Origin: Bacteroidales bacterium
GTDB taxonomy: Bacteria; Bacteroidota; Bacteroidia; Bacteroidales; UBA7960
Direction of reading: 5' to 3'
NCBI GenBank assembly: GCA_012521995.1
Contig: JAAYLH010000119.1
Coordinates: 2,483 to 66,482 of the forward strand
Length of the DNA: 64,000 nucleotides
This document shows, piece after piece, positions 28,127 to 37,289 of the stretch (position 1 is its first letter; each line of letters starts with the position of its first letter). The notes below the pieces were generated by a model that was not told the origin of the DNA, did no database searches, and saw only the letters and a list, made by a program, of their open reading frames with translations. A program made the position numbers and the translations under genes.

Positions 28127-28573
28127 TCATGCATGCTGTTTCTCTCTCCGGAAGAGAGGAACGATGCCAGCAATGGCAAACACAAGGCTGACCAAGATGA
28201 GCAGCCCAAGTACAAAATGGTAAAGGTCGGGAACAGTGTGCGTTGCTGACTCAGGAAAAATTCTCCACGTGCCTTGAAAATAAGCGTAATAATGCTCCAA
28301 CCGTTCGGGTTCGGCCTCAAGGATCCAGGTATACCAGTGGGCATTAAACTGCAATAAGCCCCAGGCAGCCAGGATGGGAAAAGCGGCTAGGTCAGCATAC
28401 TTCCACCTCTTTACATAAGCTACCAGCAACAATAGCAAGAGCAACATCAGCAAGCCCATGGGGCCTGTCAGCGATGTCGTGCCCTCGATGAGCAAACCGC
28501 CAACAGGGAAAAACACCAACGAGCACCATATCACAAGGGCCAGAAAAAAAGAGAAAGCCGGTTTCTTTTGCAT
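28127..28573 (-). CDS. Membrane protein, unknown function
   Basis: 148 aa with 4 hydrophobic spans. Lies 50 bp upstream of ribE on the same strand. Confidence 0.5.
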   Translation of the reverse strand: MQKKPAFSFFLALVIWCSLVFFPVGGLLIEGTTSLTGPMGLLMLLLLLLLVAYVKRWKYADLAAFPILAAWGLLQFNAHWYTWILEAEPERLEHYYAYFQGTWRIFPESATHTVPDLYHFVLGLLILVSLVFAIAGIVPLFRREKQHA

Positions 28574-28678
28574 TTTCTCCAGGGGTTAAAGAATGCTGCT
28601 TATTTTCAAGCACCCCTGCAAAAATAGAAGATTCCTTTGAAAACTCGGAGTATATCCCAAGAGATTGTAAAGGACTTT

Positions 28679-29173
28679 TTAATCGAAAAAGAAAACATTG
28701 CCCTCACGTATGGGCAATTGCCTGACAAAGCCTTCCTCGAGCGAAATAAATGTCTCCGTAGCCGTCACCTCGGGGATGGTCTGGATCTTCTCAACGATAA
28801 TCTTCTTCAAGTGTTCATTGTTCTTAGTGAACACCTTAAGAAACAGGGAGTATTTCCCGGAAATGTGATGGCATTCCACAATCTCGGGGATCTTCTTTAT
28901 GGCCTGGAACACTTGCTCGTGGGTGGAAGTGCTTAACAGGTTTACCTGGATGCCGATGAAGGCACAGGTGTAATAGCCCAGGCCCTTTGGATTGAGGCAG
29001 AACCGCGACCCGTCAAGAATCCCTGCGTCCATCAGCTTCTGTACACGCTGGTGGACGGCAGCCCCGCTGATTCCAACCATACGGGCAACCTCCAAAAAAG
29101 GCATCCGCGCATTAGCCGACAGGATTTCCAGGATCTTTTTATCTGTACTGTCAATCTGAAAGCCTTTTTCCAT
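28679..29173 (-). CDS. Lrp/AsnC-family transcriptional regulator
   Basis: 164 aa. DSTDKKILEILSANARMPFLEVARMVGISGAAVHQRVQKL HTH plus a RAM-like C-terminal domain. Divergent from the PLP enzyme gene. Confidence 0.85.
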   Translation of the reverse strand: MEKGFQIDSTDKKILEILSANARMPFLEVARMVGISGAAVHQRVQKLMDAGILDGSRFCLNPKGLGYYTCAFIGIQVNLLSTSTHEQVFQAIKKIPEIVECHHISGKYSLFLKVFTKNNEHLKKIIVEKIQTIPEVTATETFISLEEGFVRQLPIREGNVFFFD

Positions 29174-29295
29174 AAATATATTTTTTTATAATCAAATTAT
29201 TACAAATTTACTTCTTTTTACTTACGAATTATAAGCCGATTGCATTTTATGTTCTTTTATTCTAATGACAATGCCTCTGTTTACAGAAAATTCAA

Positions 29296-29303
29296 TATTT
29301 TTG
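29296..29303 (+). promoter_or_regulatory. TAnnTTTG -7 motif (TATTTTTG) upstream of the PLP-enzyme gene
   Basis: caatatttttgtaaaa, 60 nt before the ATG at 29364. The same aatatttttgtaaaa string recurs on the minus strand at 32995-33009. Confidence 0.4.
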
Positions 29304-29363
29304 TAAAATAAACCTGGGCTTATGTTTTTGCCAGAAAACCAGCCCGCTAAAAAACAACAAAAC

Positions 29364-30563
29364 ATGAAATTTGATCCCGCATCCAACATCCAGGACCTGC
29401 TTCAGTTTGGGGAATTTGGTGATGTGAACCCCTCCATTACCGACTCGGCCACCTACACCTTCATGGAAGCCAAAACAATGCTCGACACCTTTCATGGTGA
29501 ACAAGAAGGCTGCTTTCTATATTCCCGCCACTGGAACCCCTCCAACAAATACCTGGCCGATGCCCTCGCCGCCATGGAAGGCACCGAGGCGGCATGGGTC
29601 ACTGCTTCGGGCATGGCAGCCATTACAAACACCATCCTGCAACTCTGCAGCACAGGCGACCACATCGTCTCGAGCATGACTACCTATGGCGGTACTTTCG
29701 CATTTTTGGCCAACTACCTGAAAAAGTTCAAGATTGAAGTAACTTTTGTCGACATTACAAACCTTGAGCAGGTAGAGAAAGCCATTCGCACCAACACCAC
29801 CATGATCTACACCGAATCGATGACCAACCCGTTGCTGCAAATCTCCGACCTGCCCGCCCTGGCGCAGATCTCGCGCAAGCATAAGGTTAAACTGGTGGTG
29901 GACAACACCTTCACCCCCATGATGATCGCCCCCGTTAAGCAGGGCGCCGATATCGTTGTATACAGTATGACCAAATTCATCAACGGCAAGAACGACTGCG
30001 TGGCAGGGGCCATCTGTGCCAGCACCGAATTCATTGCTTCCCTGGCCGACGTCAATAGCGGGACTTCCATGCTGCTGGGCCCCGTGCTCGACCCCATGCG
30101 CTCGTCTAGCATCCACAAAAACTTACACACCCTGCACATCCGCATGAAACAACACAGCCTCAACGCTATGTACCTGGCTGAGCGTTTCAAGGCCGCAGGG
30201 CTTAAGATCATTTACCCCGGAATTCCCGAGCATCCGCAGCACGAACTTATGAAAGAGCTCATGAACCCCGACTTCGGCTTCGGCGGAATGATCGCCATAG
30301 ACCTTGAAACCAGCGAAAAAGCTGCAAAGTTTATGGAACTGATGCAGAAGGAAGGCGTGGGTTACCTGGCCGTCAGCCTCGGATATTTCAAGACCCTGTT
30401 CAGCAATTCAGGCAAGAGCACCTCGAGCGAAGTGCCCGAAGACGTCCAGAAAAAAATGGGACTATCCGATGGCCTCGTACGATTCTCCGTCGGCCTCGAT
30501 AACGACATCGAGCGAAGCTGGTTGAAAATTCAATCTTGCCTCAAAACCATGAGCATCATTTAA
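29364..30563 (+). CDS. PLP-dependent Cys/Met-metabolism enzyme (methionine gamma-lyase / cystathionine gamma-synthase family)
   Basis: Trimmed to ATG 29364 (MKFDPASNIQDLL). PLP-lysine motif YSMTKFINGKND. Family-typical NPT/NPL region ESMTNPLLQISDL. Confidence 0.8.
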   Translation: MKFDPASNIQDLLQFGEFGDVNPSITDSATYTFMEAKTMLDTFHGEQEGCFLYSRHWNPSNKYLADALAAMEGTEAAWVTASGMAAITNTILQLCSTGDHIVSSMTTYGGTFAFLANYLKKFKIEVTFVDITNLEQVEKAIRTNTTMIYTESMTNPLLQISDLPALAQISRKHKVKLVVDNTFTPMMIAPVKQGADIVVYSMTKFINGKNDCVAGAICASTEFIASLADVNSGTSMLLGPVLDPMRSSSIHKNLHTLHIRMKQHSLNAMYLAERFKAAGLKIIYPGIPEHPQHELMKELMNPDFGFGGMIAIDLETSEKAAKFMELMQKEGVGYLAVSLGYFKTLFSNSGKSTSSEVPEDVQKKMGLSDGLVRFSVGLDNDIERSWLKIQSCLKTMSII

Positions 30564-30592
30564 AGCTCCATGTTTTAATTCTGTTTTGTTGT

Positions 30593-30645
30593 CCACCCGG
30601 GAAAGGTTGCCGGAAAAAGGAACAATTGATCCCGGGTGGTTTTTT
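30593..30645 (+). terminator. Intrinsic terminator of the PLP-enzyme gene
   Basis: ccacccggg (30593-30601) pairs with cccgggtgg (30631-30639), followed by T6. Confidence 0.65.
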
Positions 30646-30834
30646 ACTAAGCAATATTGACCGTTCATAGGACCTTTAACATTTTTTATATTAATTTTCT
30701 GTTTCTAACAAAACAAATTTCATAATTCAGAGTTATTATTTTAGAACCCTGATTTTGTAAAGAAAAAACGAAAACAGGTTTAAAAAATTTATTGGTTTCT
30801 TTTCATGTTGTTGTTTTGGTTAGTTGATTGGTGG

Positions 30835-30866
30835 CCCCGGGACAGAAGACTGTCCCGGGGTTTTTT
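30835..30866 (+). terminator. Strong orphan intrinsic terminator with no annotated gene upstream
   Basis: ccccgggacag (30835-30845), loop aaga, ctgtcccgggg (30850-60), then tttttt. Confidence 0.8.
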
Positions 30867-30986
30867 GTAGCCGTTTAGATCGACAACCCCTCATACAGGC
30901 CCGGGAAACTTGCATCAGCAGCATTTCATAACTACCTGATTTTATTTGCTTTACCGTTCAATAAAAAATACCGGAAATAGTTTAAA

Positions 30987-31020
30987 CGGGGTTTAGTCGG
31001 TATAAACCGACTAAACCCCG
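30987..31020. repeat. Perfect 15-bp stem / 4-nt loop hairpin in intergenic DNA
   Basis: cggggtttagtcggt ataa accgactaaaccccg. No T-run on either side. Confidence 0.8.
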
Positions 31021-31087
31021 ACCATGGTCCCTCTTTAATGCCATGATCCTGGCAAGACAAAAGGAGGGGCTACCTTATTTTGGATGA

Positions 31088-31137
31088 AGGAAAAAGAAAA
31101 TCCCCCAGGTTTTGCCTCAGGCGGCTTCCCGGGGGAT
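31088..31137 (-). terminator. Intrinsic terminator of the alkaline phosphatase gene
   Basis: atcccccagg pairs with cccgggggat (one mismatch). The minus strand continues ttttctttttcc. Confidence 0.55.
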
Positions 31138-31175
31138 AATAAAAAGGTTTATTGGAAATGCAGAGTTTCTCCAGG

Positions 31176-32621
31176 CTAGTACTCCGTTTTTCCCCACATC
31201 AAAAAAATGGTTTGGGGAATCTGCACATTCTGGAGGTAGGGTCCTCTTACCGGATCCTTTTCGCCTGCAGCCAGGCGGAACAACTCCTGCCCGGGTCCTT
31301 TCACGTATAGGGGCACCAGGGTGTTGGTGTGGTTGCCAAAGTTAAATTTTGCTTGGGGCAACCGGCCTTTCCCGTTGTTGACCACCGGTGCATTTACCTG
31401 TTCGGGATGCGCAGGGCCGGTGAGGTAGCCTGTTTCGTGGTCGGCGGTAATAATGATCAGGGTTTCTTCCCAACTGCTGTTGGTTTCTACCCAATCAATG
31501 GCAGCCTTAATGGAGTTGTTCAGGTCTATTTGTTCTTCAATGAGCCTTCCCATGTGGTTATCGTGGCTGGCCCAGTCAATGGCCCCGCCTTCGATCATCA
31601 CAAAAAAGCCCTTGTCATTCTGACTTAATACATTGAGCGCAGCGCGGGTCATCTCGGTCAGGGAGGGTATGTTCTCAAGCAAGGGCCGGCTGTAAGGCAA
31701 GGTTTCATTATCGCCCTTGGAGCGGCCCTGTTGCAAGGTGGAGTTCACCTGTGGGATGCCCAGGACGCGAGCCGGGCCAGCACCGCTTGCCAGCTTGACA
31801 AAATCTTCACGGGTCTGGATCAGGGTCCAGGGATCGGGCTGCCCGTCGCCATTGCTATCCTTGACACGGAAACTTTGAGGGCCGGCATTAAACTCGATAC
31901 GGCCATCGTTGGCTGACAGTTGTTGCCAGATTTCACGTCCCCCGACATAGCGGTCGTTGTTTTCGGAGGCTTTTGCATCGTCGCTGAAATCAGGATTGCC
32001 AGGGGCCAGGATCAAATCGAGCCGGGTGTTGAAAAGCATATAGCGGGCAATCTCTTCGTAATTGCCCCTGTAGTGGTTATGGGTAGAAAAGGATGCAGGG
32101 GTAGCGTGACTCATATGGACGCTGGAGACCACCCCGGCCGATTTGCCCAGGGTTTTGGCAACCTCGCTGAGCAGGGTCAGGGTATCGCCATCAAGGCCTA
32201 TCCCAATTGAGCCGTTGTAAGTTTTTCTCCCCGTAGACAAAGCCGTTCCACCGGCACCGCTATCAGTATAATCGGTAGTGTTGTAAGAAGGATCGCTCCA
32301 GGCCAGGCGTGGGCTGTACCCATTGCTGAACAGAGTTTCGTCCTCACCCTGCTTGATTACGGCAGGGTAAGTGGCTGAGGCCACCCGGGTCCAGTCGTCC
32401 TGCTCGTAGGGCTGTGCTTTCTCGTGTCCGTATTCAAAATAATTGGCAGCAAGCACATGGTTGTAGCCCATCCCATCGCCAATAAAAAAGATGATGTTTT
32501 TGGGAGCGGGCAAGTTTGCCTGCTCAGCCTTGAAAGCCGGAGCCTGCCCGCATGAAATCAGCCCCAACAGCAACATGCCAAAAACCGTAAGGCTTATCCT
32601 GTTTTTCTGTATTGTGTGCAT
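31176..32621 (-). CDS. Alkaline phosphatase (PhoA family), lipoprotein
   Basis: The ATG at 32621 gives MHTIQKNRISLTVFGMLLLGLISCGQ (lipobox); the track start is 32660. Motifs FFIGDGMGYN and active-site region TDSGAGGTALSTG. Confidence 0.8.
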   Translation of the reverse strand: MHTIQKNRISLTVFGMLLLGLISCGQAPAFKAEQANLPAPKNIIFFIGDGMGYNHVLAANYFEYGHEKAQPYEQDDWTRVASATYPAVIKQGEDETLFSNGYSPRLAWSDPSYNTTDYTDSGAGGTALSTGRKTYNGSIGIGLDGDTLTLLSEVAKTLGKSAGVVSSVHMSHATPASFSTHNHYRGNYEEIARYMLFNTRLDLILAPGNPDFSDDAKASENNDRYVGGREIWQQLSANDGRIEFNAGPQSFRVKDSNGDGQPDPWTLIQTREDFVKLASGAGPARVLGIPQVNSTLQQGRSKGDNETLPYSRPLLENIPSLTEMTRAALNVLSQNDKGFFVMIEGGAIDWASHDNHMGRLIEEQIDLNNSIKAAIDWVETNSSWEETLIIITADHETGYLTGPAHPEQVNAPVVNNGKGRLPQAKFNFGNHTNTLVPLYVKGPGQELFRLAAGEKDPVRGPYLQNVQIPQTIFLMWGKTEY

Positions 32622-32794
32622 TTTATAAGAAGTTAAAAACATTTTATTGTTCATATTCAACTAATTGAATATAAAGGTACTGAAAAAAATAAGCCCTTTA
32701 TGAAAGGGCACAAATTTCAGGATTTTTTAACATAAAAGCAACAAGGTCCAAACGGGTATCCTGCACCAGGAACTAATCTATATTATTTTGATAA

Positions 32795-32977
32795 TCAATA
32801 ATTTAATCGCGAAAAGGAAAGAAATACATCCCACATTTCACGAAAGCAGGCGGGCATGTTGTCGGATAATCCAGGGCTTTTCCCGGATCCAAACCCCCTG
32901 AATTTACCCGGCCTTTGGGCATGTGCTTCTTTTTTGTCGTTAGCAACAGGAGCAGGCTTTTTGTTTAAGTTTTTCAT
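32795..32977 (-). CDS. Candidate small basic protein (60 aa), unknown function
   Basis: ORF MKNLNKKPAPVANDKKEAHAQRPGKFRGFGSGKSPG... It has its own TAnnTTTG motif 21 nt upstream (32999-33006) and a hairpin plus T-run downstream on the minus strand (32691-32709). I recognise no homology. Confidence 0.3.
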   Translation of the reverse strand: MKNLNKKPAPVANDKKEAHAQRPGKFRGFGSGKSPGLSDNMPACFREMWDVFLSFSRLNY

Positions 32978-32998
32978 AATAATCGCCTTTCTTTTTTA

Positions 32999-33006
32999 CA
33001 AAAATA
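32999..33006 (-). promoter_or_regulatory. TAnnTTTG -7 motif (TATTTTTG) upstream of the 60-aa ORF
   Basis: Plus strand reads caaaaata. The minus strand reads aatatttttgtaaaaaagaaaggcgattattATG. Confidence 0.4.
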
Positions 33007-33223
33007 TTGTTTTCGGGGAGAATTCAAAAAATATTTAAACATTTGTTTATGTATTCAATTCCTTTAATTCATTGGCATTATTTCTCTAGTTAGCATAACC
33101 CTTATTTAAAAGGGGGTTAAGCGCTTGTGAATTATAGGCTGAATGGCCCAAAAGCCGAAAAAAGAAAGCGGGCGAATGGAAAATGATTAATTTTACAGGC
33201 AAAAGGGGAGACAGGGGACAAAC

Positions 33224-34444
33224 ATGGACGTATTATACTTATCGTATGATGGCATGACAGATGCCCTGGGCCGGTCGCAGGTGATACCATATCTGGCGGG
33301 GCTTTCGAAAAAGGGGCACCGCATTCATGTGATCAGTTGCGAGAAGCGTGACAGCTATGCCCAGGACCGCGAAGAAGTGAAAGCGATCTTTGCCGAAAAC
33401 CAGATTGGCTGGACCCCCCTGAAGTTTTCCACCTTCCCTCCCCTGCTTTCCAAGGTGTTCGACCTGTATAAAATCAGGCGGGCAGCGCGCAGGCAGCACG
33501 GCAGGACTCCTTTCGAAATTGTCCATTGCCGAAGCTACATTGCTTCCTTTGCCGGGCTCTTCATGAAGAAACGCCTGGGCCTGAAGTTCGTATTCGACAT
33601 GAGGGGATTCTGGGTGGATGAACGTTTTGAGGGCAACATCTGGAATTCATCCCGTTTCTTTTACAGAAAGGTATACAAGTATTTCAAAGAAAGGGAAAAG
33701 GAGTTCTTTGAGCAGGCTGATGCGGTGGTCAGCCTGACCCGGAGCGGAAAAAGGATCATTGGGCAAACCTTTGGGGAACAAGTCGAAATCCGCACTTGGG
33801 TAATTCCCTGTTGCACCGATTTGGATTTATTCTCGCAGCAATACATCACGGAAGAGCGGAAGGAAACCCTGCGAAAGCAACTGAACATTGAGCCCGCCCA
33901 CTTTGTGCTTTCCTACCTGGGGAGCATTGGTACCTGGTATATGACGGCCGAAATGATGGCTTTCTTCAGGCGCCTGCTCAGGATATACCCAGATGCCCGC
34001 TTCCTGTTCATCACAGGCGAGGACCCCCGGGTCATCATCGGCGAGGCCACAAAGGCTTATGTTGACCCCCTGAACGTGATTGTGGTGAAGGCGGGCCGAA
34101 ATGAAGTGCCCGAATACCTGAGCCTTTCTGATATTTCCATTTTCTTTATTAAACCCGTATTCTCAAAAAAAGCATCGAGCCCCACTAAGCAAGCCGAAAT
34201 CATGAGTATGGGCATTCCCTTCATTACCAATAACGGCATTGGCGACACAGACGCCATCTTGAAAGAGACAGGGGTGGGTATTGTGATCGATGAATTCACT
34301 GACAAGGCTTATGATGAGGCGATCGGTCAGATCGCAGCACTGCTCAGGAAGCCCCAGGAGGCCATCCGCGATTGCGCCCTCACCCACTTCAACCTGGAAA
34401 TGGGCGTCGAGCAGTACGACAAGATCTACGGTGGGCTTCAATGA
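33224..34444 (+). CDS. Glycosyltransferase family 4 (GT-B fold)
   Basis: 406 aa. N-terminal LSYDGMTDALGRSQVIPYL and the C-terminal ExFG-type region (SSPTKQAEIMSMGIPFITNNGIGD) are typical of GT4 enzymes. Confidence 0.75.
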   Translation: MDVLYLSYDGMTDALGRSQVIPYLAGLSKKGHRIHVISCEKRDSYAQDREEVKAIFAENQIGWTPLKFSTFPPLLSKVFDLYKIRRAARRQHGRTPFEIVHCRSYIASFAGLFMKKRLGLKFVFDMRGFWVDERFEGNIWNSSRFFYRKVYKYFKEREKEFFEQADAVVSLTRSGKRIIGQTFGEQVEIRTWVIPCCTDLDLFSQQYITEERKETLRKQLNIEPAHFVLSYLGSIGTWYMTAEMMAFFRRLLRIYPDARFLFITGEDPRVIIGEATKAYVDPLNVIVVKAGRNEVPEYLSLSDISIFFIKPVFSKKASSPTKQAEIMSMGIPFITNNGIGDTDAILKETGVGIVIDEFTDKAYDEAIGQIAALLRKPQEAIRDCALTHFNLEMGVEQYDKIYGGLQ

Positions 34445-34477
34445 TTAAGCCTGAAGAAAAAGGCGGAGGTTCTTTCC

Positions 34478-35539
34478 TTAACCCGCCAGGAAGCTAACGG
34501 CGGAGGCTTTGAAGCTGACCCAAATGGTTTTTCCCTGGATGATCCCCATTTTCTCGAAGGATTGCCTGCTCAGGCTTGCCACCAGTTCCACTCCCGCATC
34601 AATCAGGATCTCCATTCCGCTACCGCTCAGATAGGCTTCGCGCACAACCCCTTTCAATTGGTTCCGGGCTGAGCTTTCCAGGGGTCCTTCTGAAAGGACG
34701 ATATCTTCCTGGGGGATCATCACGAAACCTTCGCTTGAAGGCTCACCGCCGAGGAAAAAAATACTTTGCCCGCCCGCCAGGATGGCCTTGGAAAGGGAGC
34801 CTTCGCCAGCTGCAGGCTCCAGGTGGCAGGGCAGGATGTTTTTTATTCCGCTGAAGCGGGCCACGAACTCGGTCTTTGGATGGCGAAACACCTCTTCGGG
34901 TGATCCAAACTGGGCAAGGCTGCCGTTTTCGATGACGGCTACCTTGTTGGCCAGGGTTGCGGCCTCCATAAAGTCGTGGGTCACATGGATCATGGTTTTT
35001 CCGCTGCGGTTGATTTGTCGCATCAAGGCTTTTAGCCCTGTTTTCAATTTGACGTCGAGGTTGGCGAGGGGCTCATCGAGCAAGAGGATATCGGGTTCAG
35101 CGGCGAGGGTACGTGCCAGTGCCACTCTTTGGGCTTCTCCTCCCGAAAGGGTGCCGGGAAAGCGTTCCAGCAGGTGCTGCACACCCGTCTCGCGGGCCAG
35201 CTCGTTTACCCGTTTTGAAATGGCGGCTGGGGGCGTTTTACGTACTTTCAGGGCAAATGCGATATTTGAAAAAACGTCCAGGTGCGGGAACAGCGAAAGA
35301 TCCTGATACACCAGCCCTACAGGGCGCTGCTGTATGCGCGAGCGGGTGATGTCGCGCCCATTCCAGCGAATCTGGCCTTTGGCAGGTTTAACCAGCCCTG
35401 CCAGCACTTCGAGCAGGACGGTTTTGCCCGCACCCGATACGCCAAGCAAAGCAAGATAATCGCCGGGGGCAATTTCCAGTGATATATCTTCGAGGGCGAA
35501 ATTGCCGAAGCGGATGCTGATTTCCTTAATTTCTAACAT
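34478..35539 (-). CDS. modC: ABC transporter ATP-binding protein with C-terminal TOBE/Mop domain (molybdate/tungstate ModC-like)
   Basis: Walker A GVSGAGKT, signature LSGGEAQR, Walker B ILLLDEP. C-terminal NQLKGVVREAYLSGSGMEILIDAG...VWVSFKASAV is TOBE-like. Sits next to Moco biosynthesis genes. Confidence 0.7.
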   Translation of the reverse strand: MLEIKEISIRFGNFALEDISLEIAPGDYLALLGVSGAGKTVLLEVLAGLVKPAKGQIRWNGRDITRSRIQQRPVGLVYQDLSLFPHLDVFSNIAFALKVRKTPPAAISKRVNELARETGVQHLLERFPGTLSGGEAQRVALARTLAAEPDILLLDEPLANLDVKLKTGLKALMRQINRSGKTMIHVTHDFMEAATLANKVAVIENGSLAQFGSPEEVFRHPKTEFVARFSGIKNILPCHLEPAAGEGSLSKAILAGGQSIFFLGGEPSSEGFVMIPQEDIVLSEGPLESSARNQLKGVVREAYLSGSGMEILIDAGVELVASLSRQSFEKMGIIQGKTIWVSFKASAVSFLAG

Positions 35540-36314
35540 GAATATTGTTTTTTGACAACAGCCGCATCACAACAAAGATGGCCAGGCAGACCAGCACAAA
35601 AACGGCTGCCACGGGGCGTGCATAACTCAGCCCGAAGGCGTTAAAGCGTTCCCAGATGAGCACGGGGGTGACCATGGGGTGATAGGCAATGATCACTACG
35701 GCGCCAAATTCGCTCAGCCCCCTGGCCCACATCATAATCAATCCGCTGATCACCGATCGTTTTGCCAGGGGCAATGATATTGAAAAGAATACGCGCCAGG
35801 GCGATGCGCCCAGGTTGAGGGCAGCTTTCTCCAGTTTCTCGGGCACGGCATCAAACCCGTCGCGTGCCGCATTGATCAAAAAGGGCAGGCTGACGAATGC
35901 CATGGCCAAGACAATGCCAGCAACACCCCCAACAAATGTAATGCCTGCGGCCTCACCTGCCTTCCCCAGCCAAGTACCCCTGCTTACCACACCAAGAATG
36001 GCAATGCCCGCCGCAGAATGGGGAATGACTACGGGCAGGTCGACCAGTCCGTTAATCAAGCCTTTCAGAAAAAAATCCTTTCGGGCCAGCAGGTAGGCCA
36101 GGGGGATGGCTGCAATGCCAAACAAAAGGGTGCCTGCAAGCGAGCTGAGCAGGGTAAGGCGAATGCTTCGCAAAACCGTTGGATCAGCGATGACCTGCCC
36201 ATATTGAGGCAAGGAAGTTTTCAGAAAAATCCCTGCCAGGGGTGCTGCTATAAACAGCAACACCATTCCGCTCAGGAATAAAAACACCATGCTCAGCTTC
36301 CAGTTGCGCAACAT
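35526..36314 (-). CDS. modB: ABC transporter permease (ModB-like, MetI-type)
   Basis: 262 aa with 6 spans. EAA-like loop EKAALNLGASPWRVFFSISLPLAKRS. Its 3' end overlaps the modC start by 14 nt. Confidence 0.65.
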   Translation of the reverse strand: MLRNWKLSMVFLFLSGMVLLFIAAPLAGIFLKTSLPQYGQVIADPTVLRSIRLTLLSSLAGTLLFGIAAIPLAYLLARKDFFLKGLINGLVDLPVVIPHSAAGIAILGVVSRGTWLGKAGEAAGITFVGGVAGIVLAMAFVSLPFLINAARDGFDAVPEKLEKAALNLGASPWRVFFSISLPLAKRSVISGLIMMWARGLSEFGAVVIIAYHPMVTPVLIWERFNAFGLSYARPVAAVFVLVCLAIFVVMRLLSKNNIHVRN

Positions 36315-36415
36315 ACAGTGGGGATCAGAAAGGCAAATATACCAGTTTTGTGTTGAATAGAGAAGGATAAAGGCAGGCGGTAATTTTTGTATATTCGCAA
36401 AGAAATATCCATCCT

Positions 36416-37093
36416 ATGGAACGCTATATCCGAAATGAAAGAATGCTCAGCCCCGAAGAGAACCGTCGCCTGCGCACCCTGAGGGTGGCCATCGTGGGCT
36501 GTGGAGGCCTGGGCGGATATATCATCGAGATGCTTGCCCGCCTCGGTGTCGGGCACCTGACCCTTATCGACGGGGATGTCTTTGAGCCCTCCAACCTGAA
36601 CAGGCAAATCTTCTCCACCCCCAATAACCTGGGAGAGCCCAAGGCCAGGGAGGCAAAAAACAGGGTCAGGGCCATCAACCCCGAGGTCACTACCGAAGCT
36701 GTGTATGAATTCCTAACGGACAACAATGCCGCACAAATTCTTGCAGGCCATAACCTGATCATCGATGCCCTCGATAATATACAATCCAGGCGCATCGTCG
36801 AAAAGGCTGCAGAAAGCCTGAACACCCCTCTTGTGTTTGGCGCCATTGCAGGCTGGTATGCCCAGGTATGCACCATCCTGCCCGGTGACCGCATGGTGCA
36901 AAAGATCTTCCCTGATGAAGTCAATAAGGGAGCTGAGACCTTGCTCGGCAACCCCAGCTTCACCCCTGCCCTTGCCGCCTCCATACAGGTAGCCGAGGCC
37001 CTGAAAGTGCTCCTGGGGAAAGGTCAGTTACTCAGAAACAAGCTCCTGATGATCGACCTGTTGGAACATCATTACGAAGTGGTTGAGCTTTGA
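36416..37093 (+). CDS. ThiF/MoeB/HesA-family adenylyltransferase (short form)
   Basis: 225 aa. Nucleotide-binding VAIVGCGGLGGYIIEMLARLGVGHLTLIDGDVFEPSNLNRQ. Confidence 0.8.
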   Translation: MERYIRNERMLSPEENRRLRTLRVAIVGCGGLGGYIIEMLARLGVGHLTLIDGDVFEPSNLNRQIFSTPNNLGEPKAREAKNRVRAINPEVTTEAVYEFLTDNNAAQILAGHNLIIDALDNIQSRRIVEKAAESLNTPLVFGAIAGWYAQVCTILPGDRMVQKIFPDEVNKGAETLLGNPSFTPALAASIQVAEALKVLLGKGQLLRNKLLMIDLLEHHYEVVEL

Positions 37094-37107
37094 GACCTTT
37101 TCCTGTT

Positions 37108-37277
37108 CTTTTCCGGAGCTAGTCTATTCATTTCAACTAATCCCGGTCATGGGATTCACTTTCCCATAAGGTCCACTCAATGGATTAAGATTCCTGCTGG
37201 TTTTGCGGGTGGTAGGCCCGCCAACCCCAATGGCTTGTACAATAAGGGCAATTTGGTGCCCCTTCTCCCGGAAAAAG
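37108..37277 (+). ncRNA. Candidate structured RNA element (weak resemblance to the Moco riboswitch) between thiF-like and moeA
   Basis: The long-range helix cttttccggag (37108-37118) with ctcccggaaaaag (37265-37277) encloses hairpins aatccc/gggatt (37139-37156) and gcggg/cccgc (37204-37221). Strings uccggagc, ggcccgcc and ccggaaaaag occur in the same order as my recollection of conserved Moco-motif blocks. Not verified by a covariance model. Confidence 0.2.
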
Positions 37278-37281
37278 TTGG

Positions 37282-37289
37282 TACCTTTG
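37282..37289 (+). promoter_or_regulatory. TAnnTTTG -7 motif (TACCTTTG) directly upstream of moeA
   Basis: gtacctttgc ends 21 nt before the ATG at 37311. Confidence 0.45.

Noticed and set aside
29174-29363. Possible SAM (S-box) riboswitch upstream of the Cys/Met-metabolism PLP enzyme.
   Set aside because: The region is AT-rich, lacks the conserved S-box helices and core, and is already explained as a divergent promoter region shared with an Lrp/AsnC regulator.
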